Below, one piece after another: positions 8,832 to 17,512 of a DNA stretch of 64,000 nucleotides (position 1 is the stretch's first letter; each line of letters opens with the position of its first letter). The stretch spans positions 14,144-78,143 of the forward strand of contig CAZFBL010000001.1 of NCBI GenBank assembly GCA_964517275.1, read 5' to 3'. Both the position numbers and the translations under genes were made by a program. Source of the DNA: an uncultured Candidatus Saccharibacteria bacterium. GTDB taxonomy: Bacteria > Patescibacteriota > Minisyncoccia > Portnoybacterales > UBA2143. The notes beneath the pieces are model-generated. The model saw only the letters and a list, made by a program, of their open reading frames with translations, made no database searches and was not told the origin of the DNA.

Positions 8832-10259
8832 TTACAATCGCGGAAATAAAACCGCGCTTTTTTTATTTTGTTTGACTTGCTCCTTTATTTTTCCTGCTGT
8901 TTCCGGTATAAACGGTTCTAATAAACCAGCAATTTCTTTTAAGGCATTTAAAAGCGCTCCTAACGATTTCTTGGCCTTTTCAGAATCATTTTTGACTAAT
9001 TCCCAAATTTTATTTCTATCCACAAACTCATCGCAAGCGCCGACCAAACGCCAAACCGCCTCTAAAGCCTCATTGAACTTTATTTCTTCCATCGCCTTTT
9101 TGTATTTTTCTTGAGTTGATTTAATTTCTTTAGCTAATTGACCTTCAACAGACTTAGTTGGCTCCGTCTTCTCCGATAAAGTTAAAACCCGACTGACCAA
9201 ATTGCCCAATCCGTTGGCTAAGTCAGCATTATAACGTTCTTCAAAACGTTTAATCGAAAAATCACCATCCTGACCGAAAGAAATTTCCCTTAACAGGAAA
9301 TACCTCAAGGCATCAGCCCCGTATTTGTCAGCTAAATAAACCGGGTCAATAACATTGCCCAGGGTTTTACTCATCTTTTGGCCATTAATCGTAAAAAAGC
9401 CGTGAACGAATATTTTTTTCGGCGGCTTTAAGCCAACCGCTAACAATAGAGCCGGCCAAAAAATAGCGTGGAATTTGACGATATCTTTAGCGATTAAATG
9501 CAAATCAGCTGGCCATAATTCTTTAAATTGCTTTGGATTATTTTCATAGCCAATAGCCGTGATATAGTTTTGAAGAGCTTCCACCCAGACGTAAATTTTC
9601 TGTTCCCCGTCAAAAGGCAAATCAATTCCCCATTTGACTTTCTGACGAGAAATAGAAAGATTGCCCAAGTCTTGTTTCAATAAAGAAAGAACCTCTTTTT
9701 TTCTTTCAGGCGGCTCAATAATCATCTGGTCGGTAGTAATTAATTTTTTGACCTGAGGTAAAAAATCTTTCAGTTTGAAAAAATAATTAGTTTCGGAAAC
9801 TAACTGAGGTTCTTTTTTATGAATTGGACATTTACCGTCAACTAAATCCTTTTTAAAAATAAAATCCTCGCAATTAGGACAATAAAGGGCCTTATATTCG
9901 TCTTGATAAATCTTACCGCTTTCTTTAAGTTTTAATAAAAATTTGGTTACCCCTTCTTGATGTCTCTTGTCAGTTGTCCTGATAAAATCATTGTATTTAA
10001 TATTAAGTTTTTGCCAGGCATCCTTAAACTGTTGGGCTATTTTATCAACAAATTCTTGAGGCGACTGTCCGGCTTTTTGAGCCGCTTGAGCAATGTGTTC
10101 GCCATGCTCGTCAGTACCGGTCAAAAAGAAAACCTTCTCGCCTTGTTGCCGACGATAACGCGCCAAAACATCAGCCGCTACGGTCGTGTAAGCCGTACCG
10201 ATATGAGGCGGCTGATTAGTATAGTAAATAGGGGTGGTGATATAGAATTTCTTGGCCAT
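8832..10259 (-). CDS. metG: Methionyl-tRNA synthetase (short form)
   Basis: PIYYTNQPPHIGTAYTTV (HIGH variant HIGT). KMSKTLGNV. 475 aa. Confidence 0.9.
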   Translation of the reverse strand: MAKKFYITTPIYYTNQPPHIGTAYTTVAADVLARYRRQQGEKVFFLTGTDEHGEHIAQAAQKAGQSPQEFVDKIAQQFKDAWQKLNIKYNDFIRTTDKRHQEGVTKFLLKLKESGKIYQDEYKALYCPNCEDFIFKKDLVDGKCPIHKKEPQLVSETNYFFKLKDFLPQVKKLITTDQMIIEPPERKKEVLSLLKQDLGNLSISRQKVKWGIDLPFDGEQKIYVWVEALQNYITAIGYENNPKQFKELWPADLHLIAKDIVKFHAIFWPALLLAVGLKPPKKIFVHGFFTINGQKMSKTLGNVIDPVYLADKYGADALRYFLLREISFGQDGDFSIKRFEERYNADLANGLGNLVSRVLTLSEKTEPTKSVEGQLAKEIKSTQEKYKKAMEEIKFNEALEAVWRLVGACDEFVDRNKIWELVKNDSEKAKKSLGALLNALKEIAGLLEPFIPETAGKIKEQVKQNKKSAVLFPRL

Positions 10260-10970
10260 CTATTTATTGCTAATAACTACCACAAATTCGCCTCTTGGCT
10301 CTTTAATCTGTTCAACGACTTCTTCAACCCGGCCACGGTAAATGGTCTCAAACTTTTTGGTTAATTCGCGGCAGACAACAACTCGCCTGACCGGAGATTT
10401 TTTCGCGGAGCCTGTGCTGAGCGATAGTGAAGTGCTCGCAATGACAAGTGACAATTCATTTAATGTTTTAATAATCCGATGAGGGGACTCGTAAAAAACA
10501 ACTGTCTGTTTGGCTCTGGCCACTTCTTCAAAAAATTTCTTTCTTTTTTTCTTGGCCGGCGGAAAACCGAGGAAAAAAAACTTGTCAGCCGGAAAACCGG
10601 AAATACTTAAAGCGGTAATTAAGGCCGAAGGGCCGGGTATGGGAATAATTTTCAAATCGGGCAGCTGGCCAACCAAATAGTCAATTAACTTAGCTCCCGG
10701 ATCGCTAATACCGGGCGTGCCCGCCTCCGAGACTAAGGCCAAATTTCGACCTTTTTCCAATTGCTCTAAGATATACTTGACTTTGGCTAGCCGACTGTGC
10801 TGATGATAACTGATAACCGGCTTATCAATTTGGTAATGAGTCAAAAGTTTTTTCGTTGTCCGCGTATCTTCTGCCAAGACCAAATCAACCTCTTTTAAAA
10901 CCGCCAATCCCCTTAAAGAAAAATCTCTTAGATTGCCAATGGGAGTGGCTAGAACGTATAGATTCGCCAT
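10260..10970 (-). CDS. rsmI: 16S rRNA (cytidine1402-2'-O)-methyltransferase RsmI
   Basis: N-terminus LYVLATPIGNLRDFSLRGLAVLKEVDLVLAEDTR. Tetrapyrrole-methylase-fold protein. Stop abuts the metG start. Confidence 0.8.
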   Translation of the reverse strand: MANLYVLATPIGNLRDFSLRGLAVLKEVDLVLAEDTRTTKKLLTHYQIDKPVISYHQHSRLAKVKYILEQLEKGRNLALVSEAGTPGISDPGAKLIDYLVGQLPDLKIIPIPGPSALITALSISGFPADKFFFLGFPPAKKKRKKFFEEVARAKQTVVFYESPHRIIKTLNELSLVIASTSLSLSTGSAKKSPVRRVVVCRELTKKFETIYRGRVEEVVEQIKEPRGEFVVVISNK

Positions 10971-10983
10971 AGTCTAATTGTAT

Positions 10984-11011
10984 CTAAAAACTGCCTGGGC
11001 TGGCAAGGCAG
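10984..11011 (-). terminator. Intrinsic terminator downstream of the AI-2E transporter gene
   Basis: CTGCCT-TGCCAGCCC-AGGCAG hairpin followed by TTTTT on the minus strand. Confidence 0.5.
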
Positions 11012-11124
11012 TTCTCAAGAAAATCAAGGTTCAACCCTTCCAATAGCAATCTTCAACGTTTAGTTATCCTTCAGTGCTTAGATGCGAAGGCTAAACCTTA
11101 ATTTTCTTTAATTCCAATTTCTTT

Positions 11125-12195
11125 TTAGGCCTCCTTTTTCTGAAGGTCTTTTAAAAATTCGGCGATGGCTGCGGCTACCGGAACGGCTAGAATAATTCCC
11201 AAAATACCAGCCAGTTTGCCGCCGATAAGTAAGGCAATAATAATAACGACTGGGCTAAGGCCAACTGCTTTCCTCATCACCTGGGGAGCCAGTAAGTAAT
11301 TTTCTAACTGCTGAATAACAATATAGAGGGCAATCGTCAATAAGGCTAAAAGAGGAGACTGTAAAAAAGCCAAAATGACAGCCGGTAAAGCGGCCAGGAC
11401 TGGTCCGACATAAGGAATAATTTCGAAAAGAGCGGCGATCAAAGCCAAAACTAAAGCATATTTGATTCCCAAAAAATAAAGACCGATGAAAGTGAGTAGA
11501 CCGATAATCAACATCAGGACAAGTTGGCCTCTTAGCCAGCTGCCTATTTTACCCTCAATCCGATCAATTAATCCGGTCAAATAAGCCTGATGTTCGCTAG
11601 GCATTAAAGAAACTAAAAATCTTTTAGCTCCCCGCTCCTGAACAGATAAATAGAAAGAAATAACCAGAATAACAATCGCCGAAATAAGACCGCCAAAAAG
11701 ATTAATTGTCGTTGACAAAACGCTGGAAGCGGCCTGGGTCAATTTATCACTGATTCGGTCCAAAAAGGTTTGTAAATTATGCTCCAAATTATAGTCTTGC
11801 CACCACTGCTGAATACTCAAACCTACTTTTTCAACAATGGCCGGGAAATGAGTAGCCAATTGCTTAATCTGATCAGCCAGCGGCGGAAAAATCAAAGTAA
11901 CAATCAAGCCAATCAGTAAAAAGAGAAGCAAATAGATAAAAAGAACCCCTAAAAGACGAGGGACTTTATTGCGCTGTAGCCAACTAACCGGACTGTTAAT
12001 AGCGGCGGCAATGACAACAGCCACAAAAATAACCAGGACAATATCACGAATCAGGTAAAGAAAAACCAAAGCCAGTAAAATAATAATTGTCCGGAGGATA
12101 GTCGAAGTGGAAATATTAATTGTTTGGGCTTGATTCATAAGGGCTATCTTGAGCGTTAGCGAAAGATCCTGTGGTTTTCGCTCGAGATTTTTCAC
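11125..12195 (-). CDS. AI-2E family transporter (PerM/YhhT-like, UPF0118)
   Basis: 356 aa, about 8 hydrophobic helices, characteristic AI-2E topology and length. Confidence 0.7.
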   Translation of the reverse strand: MKNLERKPQDLSLTLKIALMNQAQTINISTSTILRTIIILLALVFLYLIRDIVLVIFVAVVIAAAINSPVSWLQRNKVPRLLGVLFIYLLLFLLIGLIVTLIFPPLADQIKQLATHFPAIVEKVGLSIQQWWQDYNLEHNLQTFLDRISDKLTQAASSVLSTTINLFGGLISAIVILVISFYLSVQERGAKRFLVSLMPSEHQAYLTGLIDRIEGKIGSWLRGQLVLMLIIGLLTFIGLYFLGIKYALVLALIAALFEIIPYVGPVLAALPAVILAFLQSPLLALLTIALYIVIQQLENYLLAPQVMRKAVGLSPVVIIIALLIGGKLAGILGIILAVPVAAAIAEFLKDLQKKEA

Positions 12196-12200
12196 TTCAT

Positions 12201-13478
12201 TCAGAATGACGATAACAAGCGGTCAAATCTTTGTTTATCTTTAAACGGGCCAATTAGAGCTAAATTAAGTTTTTCCGGCCGGAAAATATCTTGAGCGACC
12301 TGCTGAATATCATCAATTGTCACTTTATCAATTTTAGCAAATTTATCTTCTAAGGTCAAAATATTATTAGTCAACAGCTCTTGAAAACCAACAAAAGAAG
12401 CCTGGGCATCGGATGATTCCATTTCCAAAAGAGTCGTTCCTTTGGTATAATCTTTAGCCTTTTTTAACTCGGCCGGGCTAATTTTTCGGTCGGCTATCTT
12501 TCGGTACTCCTTTAAAATAAGGCTGATTGCTCTATCCACTTTACGATTATCAATTCCGGCCTGACTGGCCAGAAAACCAACATCTGTGTCAGTGTCAGCT
12601 CCGGTTTTAATATAATATGCCAAGCCTTCTTTTTCTCTAACCGACATAAAAAGTCGCGAACTCATATTGCCGCCCAAAATCGCCCCAAGTAAACCTAAAG
12701 CGTACTTATCCGGATTAAAAATATTATAAGCCCGAACTCCCAAATAGAGATGAGTCTGGTCGGTCTTTTTGTAATAAATTAGCGACTGAGGCCGGCTTTG
12801 TTTTTCCTTAACCGGTAACTTGTCTTTGGCCGGTCCTTTATTGATTGTTTGAAAATACTTTTTGACTTTGTCTAAAGCTAAACCGTGGTTAATCTGGCCG
12901 GCCACAACAACAAGAGTGTTCTGAGCCAAATAATGTTTTTTCAAATAGTCAATAAACTGAGCCCGTTTAACACTCTTGATTAACTTTTCAGTGCCAAGAA
13001 TTGGCCAACCGGCCGGCTGATCTCCATAAAGTAGCTCCAGCCAGAGGTCGCCAACATAACGAGTCGGCGTATCTAAATACATGTTTAATTCCTGCAGAAT
13101 GGTTCCTCTTTCTCGTTCAATCTCGGCAACTGGTATTTGAGAGTTTAAATAGATATCGGCCACCCAATCCAGAGCAGTTTCCAAATGGTTGGCGTCAACT
13201 TTAGCCCAATAACCGGTAAATTCTTGAGAAGTGAAGGCATTGTATTGGCCGCCAATCTTATCTAACGGCTCAATCAGTTTCAACTTATTAGGATGTTTTT
13301 TAGTCCCTTTAAAAAGCATGTGTTCCAAGAAATGAGAAATTCCGTTAATTTCTTTAGTCTCGTACTTTGAACCGGTCCCAACCAAAACCAAGACACTGAC
13401 CGCTTTAGTCCCCTTGACCGGCAGAGTAATGATTCTTAAACCGTTTTTAAGAGTTGTTTTTTTATAATTATTTTCCAT
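12201..13478 (-). CDS. M16-family (insulinase-like) zinc peptidase
   Basis: Inverted zinc motif HFLEHMLFKGT (HxxEH). Confidence 0.8.
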   Translation of the reverse strand: MENNYKKTTLKNGLRIITLPVKGTKAVSVLVLVGTGSKYETKEINGISHFLEHMLFKGTKKHPNKLKLIEPLDKIGGQYNAFTSQEFTGYWAKVDANHLETALDWVADIYLNSQIPVAEIERERGTILQELNMYLDTPTRYVGDLWLELLYGDQPAGWPILGTEKLIKSVKRAQFIDYLKKHYLAQNTLVVVAGQINHGLALDKVKKYFQTINKGPAKDKLPVKEKQSRPQSLIYYKKTDQTHLYLGVRAYNIFNPDKYALGLLGAILGGNMSSRLFMSVREKEGLAYYIKTGADTDTDVGFLASQAGIDNRKVDRAISLILKEYRKIADRKISPAELKKAKDYTKGTTLLEMESSDAQASFVGFQELLTNNILTLEDKFAKIDKVTIDDIQQVAQDIFRPEKLNLALIGPFKDKQRFDRLLSSF

Positions 13479-13686
13479 GTAATTCTTTCTCCCAACGATA
13501 AGCTACTTTGACATTAACCTTATACTCGGCTATTTGTCCATCTTTAATATCGGCCGTCTGGCTAAGTATTCTAGCCCCAGTCACATTTTTCTTCTGAGCG
13601 CAAACTTGATTTACCGCTCCTTGAAAAGCGTCGTCAAATCCTTTAGTTGAACTGCCAATAATTTCCTTGATTTTGATTAAAGACAT
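13468..13686 (-). CDS. Dodecin-family flavin-binding protein (72 aa)
   Basis: IKIKEIIGSSTKGFDDAFQGAVNQ...DGQIAEYKVNVKVAY fits the dodecin beta-alpha-beta-beta pattern. Confidence 0.55.
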   Translation of the reverse strand: MSLIKIKEIIGSSTKGFDDAFQGAVNQVCAQKKNVTGARILSQTADIKDGQIAEYKVNVKVAYRWEKELHGK

Positions 13687-13692
13687 AACTAA

Positions 13693-15033
13693 TCACCTCC
13701 CTTCCAATTCTTCCCTCAAATAATCAACTAATTTCTCAATTTTAACCCGTTCCTGTTTCATCGTATCGCGTTCTCGGATAGTTAAATCATTATTTTCTAA
13801 ACTGTCAAAATCAACGGTTAAACAATAAGGAGTGCCAATTTCATCCTGGCGGCGATAGCGCCGGCCGATGGAGCCGACTTCATCATACTGAGACATCCAA
13901 TGAACTTTGAGCAAATCATAAACTTCTTTAGCCTTTTTAACTAAATCTTTTTTATTCTTAACTAAAGGTAAAATAGCCACCTTAATCGGAGCTAATTTCT
14001 TGTCTAAACGTAAAACCACTTCTTTCTCTTTCTTGGCCTCGGTCGTCTTGGTTCGCCCGCCTTCAATCTCGTTATAAGCATTCACCAAAAAAGATAAAAC
14101 ATTGCGGTCAGCGCCAGCTGAGGTCTCAATAATATGGGGAGTAAATTTTTTCTTGGTTTGTTCGTCGTAATAGCTCAAATCCTGACCGCTGTGTCTGCTG
14201 TGATTAGATAAATCCCAATCGCCTCGGTCGTGAATCCCTTCTATCTCGTCCCAACCCCAAGGAAATTTATATTCAATATCAACTGCCTTTTTGGCGTAGT
14301 GAGCTAACTCGTCCGGCCGGTGTTCCCGGAAGCGCAAATTATCTTTTTTAATCCCCAGACCGAGATACCAACTCATTCGCTCTTTTTTCCAATAATCAAA
14401 CCACTTCTTTTTTTCTTTGGCGTCCGGTTCAACAAAATACTGCATCTCCATTTGTTCAAACTCTCTCATTTTAAAAATAAAATAACGGGTCGTAATTTCG
14501 TTACGAAAAGCCTTACCGATTTGGGCGATGCCGAAAGGAATTTTTAAACGCATCGTGTCCTTCATAAACTGGTAATTCATATAAATACCCTGGCAGGTCT
14601 CTCCTCTTAAATAAGTAACAGACGCCTCGTCCTCAACTGAACCGACAAATGTTTTCATCATCAGATTGAATTTTCTCTCTTTAGTCAATTCGCCGCCGCA
14701 ATCTGGACATTTATCCTCTTTTAAATAATCCTTACGGAAACGGTGATGACATTCTTTGCACTCAACCAAAGAGTCGGCAAAACCGGCTGTTAAATGACCT
14801 GAAGCCTGCCAAACTTTGGGCGACATCAAAATACTGGCATCCACACCAACAATGTCATCACGGTATTGAGTCATTGTTTTCCACCAGCTTTGTTTAATAC
14901 TACTCTTCAGCAGAGCGCCCAAAAAGCCGTAATCATAACAACTTTCAAAACCGCCATAAATTTCGCTGGAAGGAGTGATAAACCCCCGCCGTTTACAAAG
15001 AGAAACAATTTTTTCCATTAAATCCTGGGGCAT
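13693..15033 (-). CDS. glyQS: Glycyl-tRNA synthetase (dimeric class II GlyRS)
   Basis: GFITPSSEIYGGFESCYDYGFLGA N-terminus. Class II motifs. 446 aa. Confidence 0.9.
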   Translation of the reverse strand: MPQDLMEKIVSLCKRRGFITPSSEIYGGFESCYDYGFLGALLKSSIKQSWWKTMTQYRDDIVGVDASILMSPKVWQASGHLTAGFADSLVECKECHHRFRKDYLKEDKCPDCGGELTKERKFNLMMKTFVGSVEDEASVTYLRGETCQGIYMNYQFMKDTMRLKIPFGIAQIGKAFRNEITTRYFIFKMREFEQMEMQYFVEPDAKEKKKWFDYWKKERMSWYLGLGIKKDNLRFREHRPDELAHYAKKAVDIEYKFPWGWDEIEGIHDRGDWDLSNHSRHSGQDLSYYDEQTKKKFTPHIIETSAGADRNVLSFLVNAYNEIEGGRTKTTEAKKEKEVVLRLDKKLAPIKVAILPLVKNKKDLVKKAKEVYDLLKVHWMSQYDEVGSIGRRYRRQDEIGTPYCLTVDFDSLENNDLTIRERDTMKQERVKIEKLVDYLREELEGR

Positions 15034-15048
15034 AAATTTCTAAATTGT

Positions 15049-16917
15049 TTATTCAACAACGATGCCGTCTTGTCGACTGACCTGAGGATCGTCAGGCAAA
15101 TCTGTATCAATGGCCGAGCTAATACTTTCTAAGCTCAAACCAGTAAAAGTATCTTGACCAGTCGCTTTTGATTGACCGATTAGTTCGACAAAACCGCCTA
15201 AATGGGCCAAACCCGGAGTGATTGCTACCTGAAAGGCGACCTGCTTAACCGGCAGAAGAAGACCGGTCGCGGCTGGCAAATCGCCAACCCGCCAAGTCAA
15301 ACGGCCGGTTTGAGAATTATAACTTAGATTCTCGTTACTCGGACTAATCTTGCTCTGCCATTGAACATGAGGCGGCAGAGAAGCTTCAACCCTAACCTCT
15401 TCTAAATCATTGGCCGTATTAATTAATCGCCATTTAATTGTATAAGTAGTTGTCTGACCGACCTTCGGCGGAATTGACCCGCTGTTAGGAATCAAATCGT
15501 CATAATAGTATCCCTTGGTTTGCAAAGTCAACTGACTGGCTATCTTGCTGATTAACTGACTCTGGCCGGCAATTTGGATATCGCCCAGAGAGAGCGGTAC
15601 TTGGCTAGAGTCGATTTCGACCTTGTTAGTCACTTTAAAGTTCTTATCGCCATAGCTGTTAATCGGCAGCGGGTCCTTAATCTTAATCGAAAAACTCAGC
15701 TGACCATCCTGGCCGGGCCCCAGAAATTCCAAAGCCGGCAGGTTGCTCGTCTTCCAGGTAATCGTCCGGCTAGCCCCGTCAAAAGAGCCTTTTTCTAGAT
15801 CGAGACTGGATAAATCAAAAGCGGCCCCGTTTAGTTCCGAAGTTATGACGACCTCGCTAATACCGACATCAGTCGTATTTTGATAATCAATCAAATAATT
15901 TAACTTCTCGCCGGTCTCGGCTATATAATCCGTCTGGCCGTTAATGGTCTGACTTACTGATAAAGGCGACGAGGAAATCTCTAGAGCGTTGACTGTCTTG
16001 GCAATCAGTTCAAACTCTTCTTCTTCTTCAAAAACGCCTAATTCTGCTTTAAATGATTGAGCCTGGCCCTGTTCGCCTTGAATTAAACCTTGAATAAAAA
16101 TCTTTCCCTCCTGGCCGGCCATCAAACTATCCAATAGCCAAATATTATTTTCCTCTGCCGGCTGCGGATCGGCCGATTGGAAAGTAAAATCAGTTGGGTA
16201 GTTAATCTTAATCCCTAAATCTTCAAAAGAAACCTCGGCCTGGTTTACGTATTTCAAAGAGAATTTAAAAGACTGACCGCTAACCAGGCGACTGGGCAAA
16301 TCTAAATCTAAAATAAGGGGAACCGAAATTATTTCGTTTGAGAACTCGGCCCGATTGGTATAGGTAGAACTAAGACCGGTCGGCTGATAACTTAATTCGG
16401 CCCAAGCTGTTTTCTTCTCATCTTTTAAACCAATAATCCGGGCCGGCAGCTCGATTCGTTTCTCCTGGCCAACCGCTAAATTATCCAGTTCGATTGTCTG
16501 AACCAAATCATCTGTCTCTAAGGGAATTGACTGCTCAGGGTAATGAAAGACCAATCGGAGCTGAGTCAGTTCTAAACGAGTCTGGTTTTGACACCTGACC
16601 GTATAGGCTACTTCTTCGCCGCTAATTACTCTTTCCGCCCCGCCTACCTCTAATCTGACCTTATCTTTATCAAAGGAAGTTAGACCATGCCAAAAGAGCC
16701 AGCCGATGATAATCAGAAAGACAAGACCAGCCAGACCGCCAGCTAGCCAATATTTCCTCTGTCTCGGTGACAGACCTTTTTTCTTTAATTCCGGCCAATC
16801 GGAAGGAGTTCTCTTTTCCGGCTGACGGCCGGGTTGAAAGACCTCGGGCGGCTTAGCCCGCTCGCCAAATTGAGCGCCCGGTTTATAAATTTTCTTTTTT
16901 AATTCTTCAAGGGCCAT
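15049..16917 (-). CDS. Hypothetical membrane-anchored protein (N-terminal TM, large extracytoplasmic region)
   Basis: 622-aa ORF, TM LAGGLAGLVFLIIIGWLFW. No recognisable catalytic motif. Confidence 0.5.
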   Translation of the reverse strand: MALEELKKKIYKPGAQFGERAKPPEVFQPGRQPEKRTPSDWPELKKKGLSPRQRKYWLAGGLAGLVFLIIIGWLFWHGLTSFDKDKVRLEVGGAERVISGEEVAYTVRCQNQTRLELTQLRLVFHYPEQSIPLETDDLVQTIELDNLAVGQEKRIELPARIIGLKDEKKTAWAELSYQPTGLSSTYTNRAEFSNEIISVPLILDLDLPSRLVSGQSFKFSLKYVNQAEVSFEDLGIKINYPTDFTFQSADPQPAEENNIWLLDSLMAGQEGKIFIQGLIQGEQGQAQSFKAELGVFEEEEEFELIAKTVNALEISSSPLSVSQTINGQTDYIAETGEKLNYLIDYQNTTDVGISEVVITSELNGAAFDLSSLDLEKGSFDGASRTITWKTSNLPALEFLGPGQDGQLSFSIKIKDPLPINSYGDKNFKVTNKVEIDSSQVPLSLGDIQIAGQSQLISKIASQLTLQTKGYYYDDLIPNSGSIPPKVGQTTTYTIKWRLINTANDLEEVRVEASLPPHVQWQSKISPSNENLSYNSQTGRLTWRVGDLPAATGLLLPVKQVAFQVAITPGLAHLGGFVELIGQSKATGQDTFTGLSLESISSAIDTDLPDDPQVSRQDGIVVE

Positions 16918-16921
16918 TGTT

Positions 16922-17491
16922 CTATCTTACCAAACGAAACGCCTTTTGTAAAAAAAGACGGGAATATATTTTTTCTCTAAAAAGCGAATTAACCAAAGAA
17001 ACAATACTCTGTTCGCCTTGTCCATAACCGAGTAACTCTAACAATTGTTTTTCAAAATTATTAACTATTGTTTTCGGCTCTGTCTTTTCTTTATCGAGCT
17101 CCCGAAAACTATTTAAAACCAACTGCCAGATTTTTTCGTCTCTTTCTGGACCAATAACGGTCTTGTCAATAATTTCAGATAAATAATAGGTGGTCGCTAA
17201 ACAGGGCAACTGCTGATGAAGCCGGGGGAAACTTTCGATGGTTTCGGCGCCGGTGATAATATCCAGATTTTTGCCCGGCGCAATTAATAAATGACTGTTT
17301 AAAAAAAGCTCCAAATGGCCTCTAAGTTTTGATTGGTTTTTCCGGACCGCTTTAGCCCTGACTAAAATCTTACCAAAATCTTTAGTGTAAATAGTTAATA
17401 AGCGATCAAATTCGCCTAAATTAATCCTTTTAATAATAATCCCCTCGGTTTTATAGAGCATGTAAATATAAAATTTACCTGATAAAAGCAA
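16922..17491 (-). CDS. recO: DNA repair protein RecO (short form)
   Basis: N-terminal OB-fold region EGIIIKRINLGEFDRLLTIYTKDFGKILVRAKAVRK resembles the RecO N-domain. Confidence 0.6.
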   Translation of the reverse strand: MLLSGKFYIYMLYKTEGIIIKRINLGEFDRLLTIYTKDFGKILVRAKAVRKNQSKLRGHLELFLNSHLLIAPGKNLDIITGAETIESFPRLHQQLPCLATTYYLSEIIDKTVIGPERDEKIWQLVLNSFRELDKEKTEPKTIVNNFEKQLLELLGYGQGEQSIVSLVNSLFREKIYSRLFLQKAFRLVR

Positions 17492-17512
17492 GAAAAGTTA
17501 ATTTTCTTGTTT

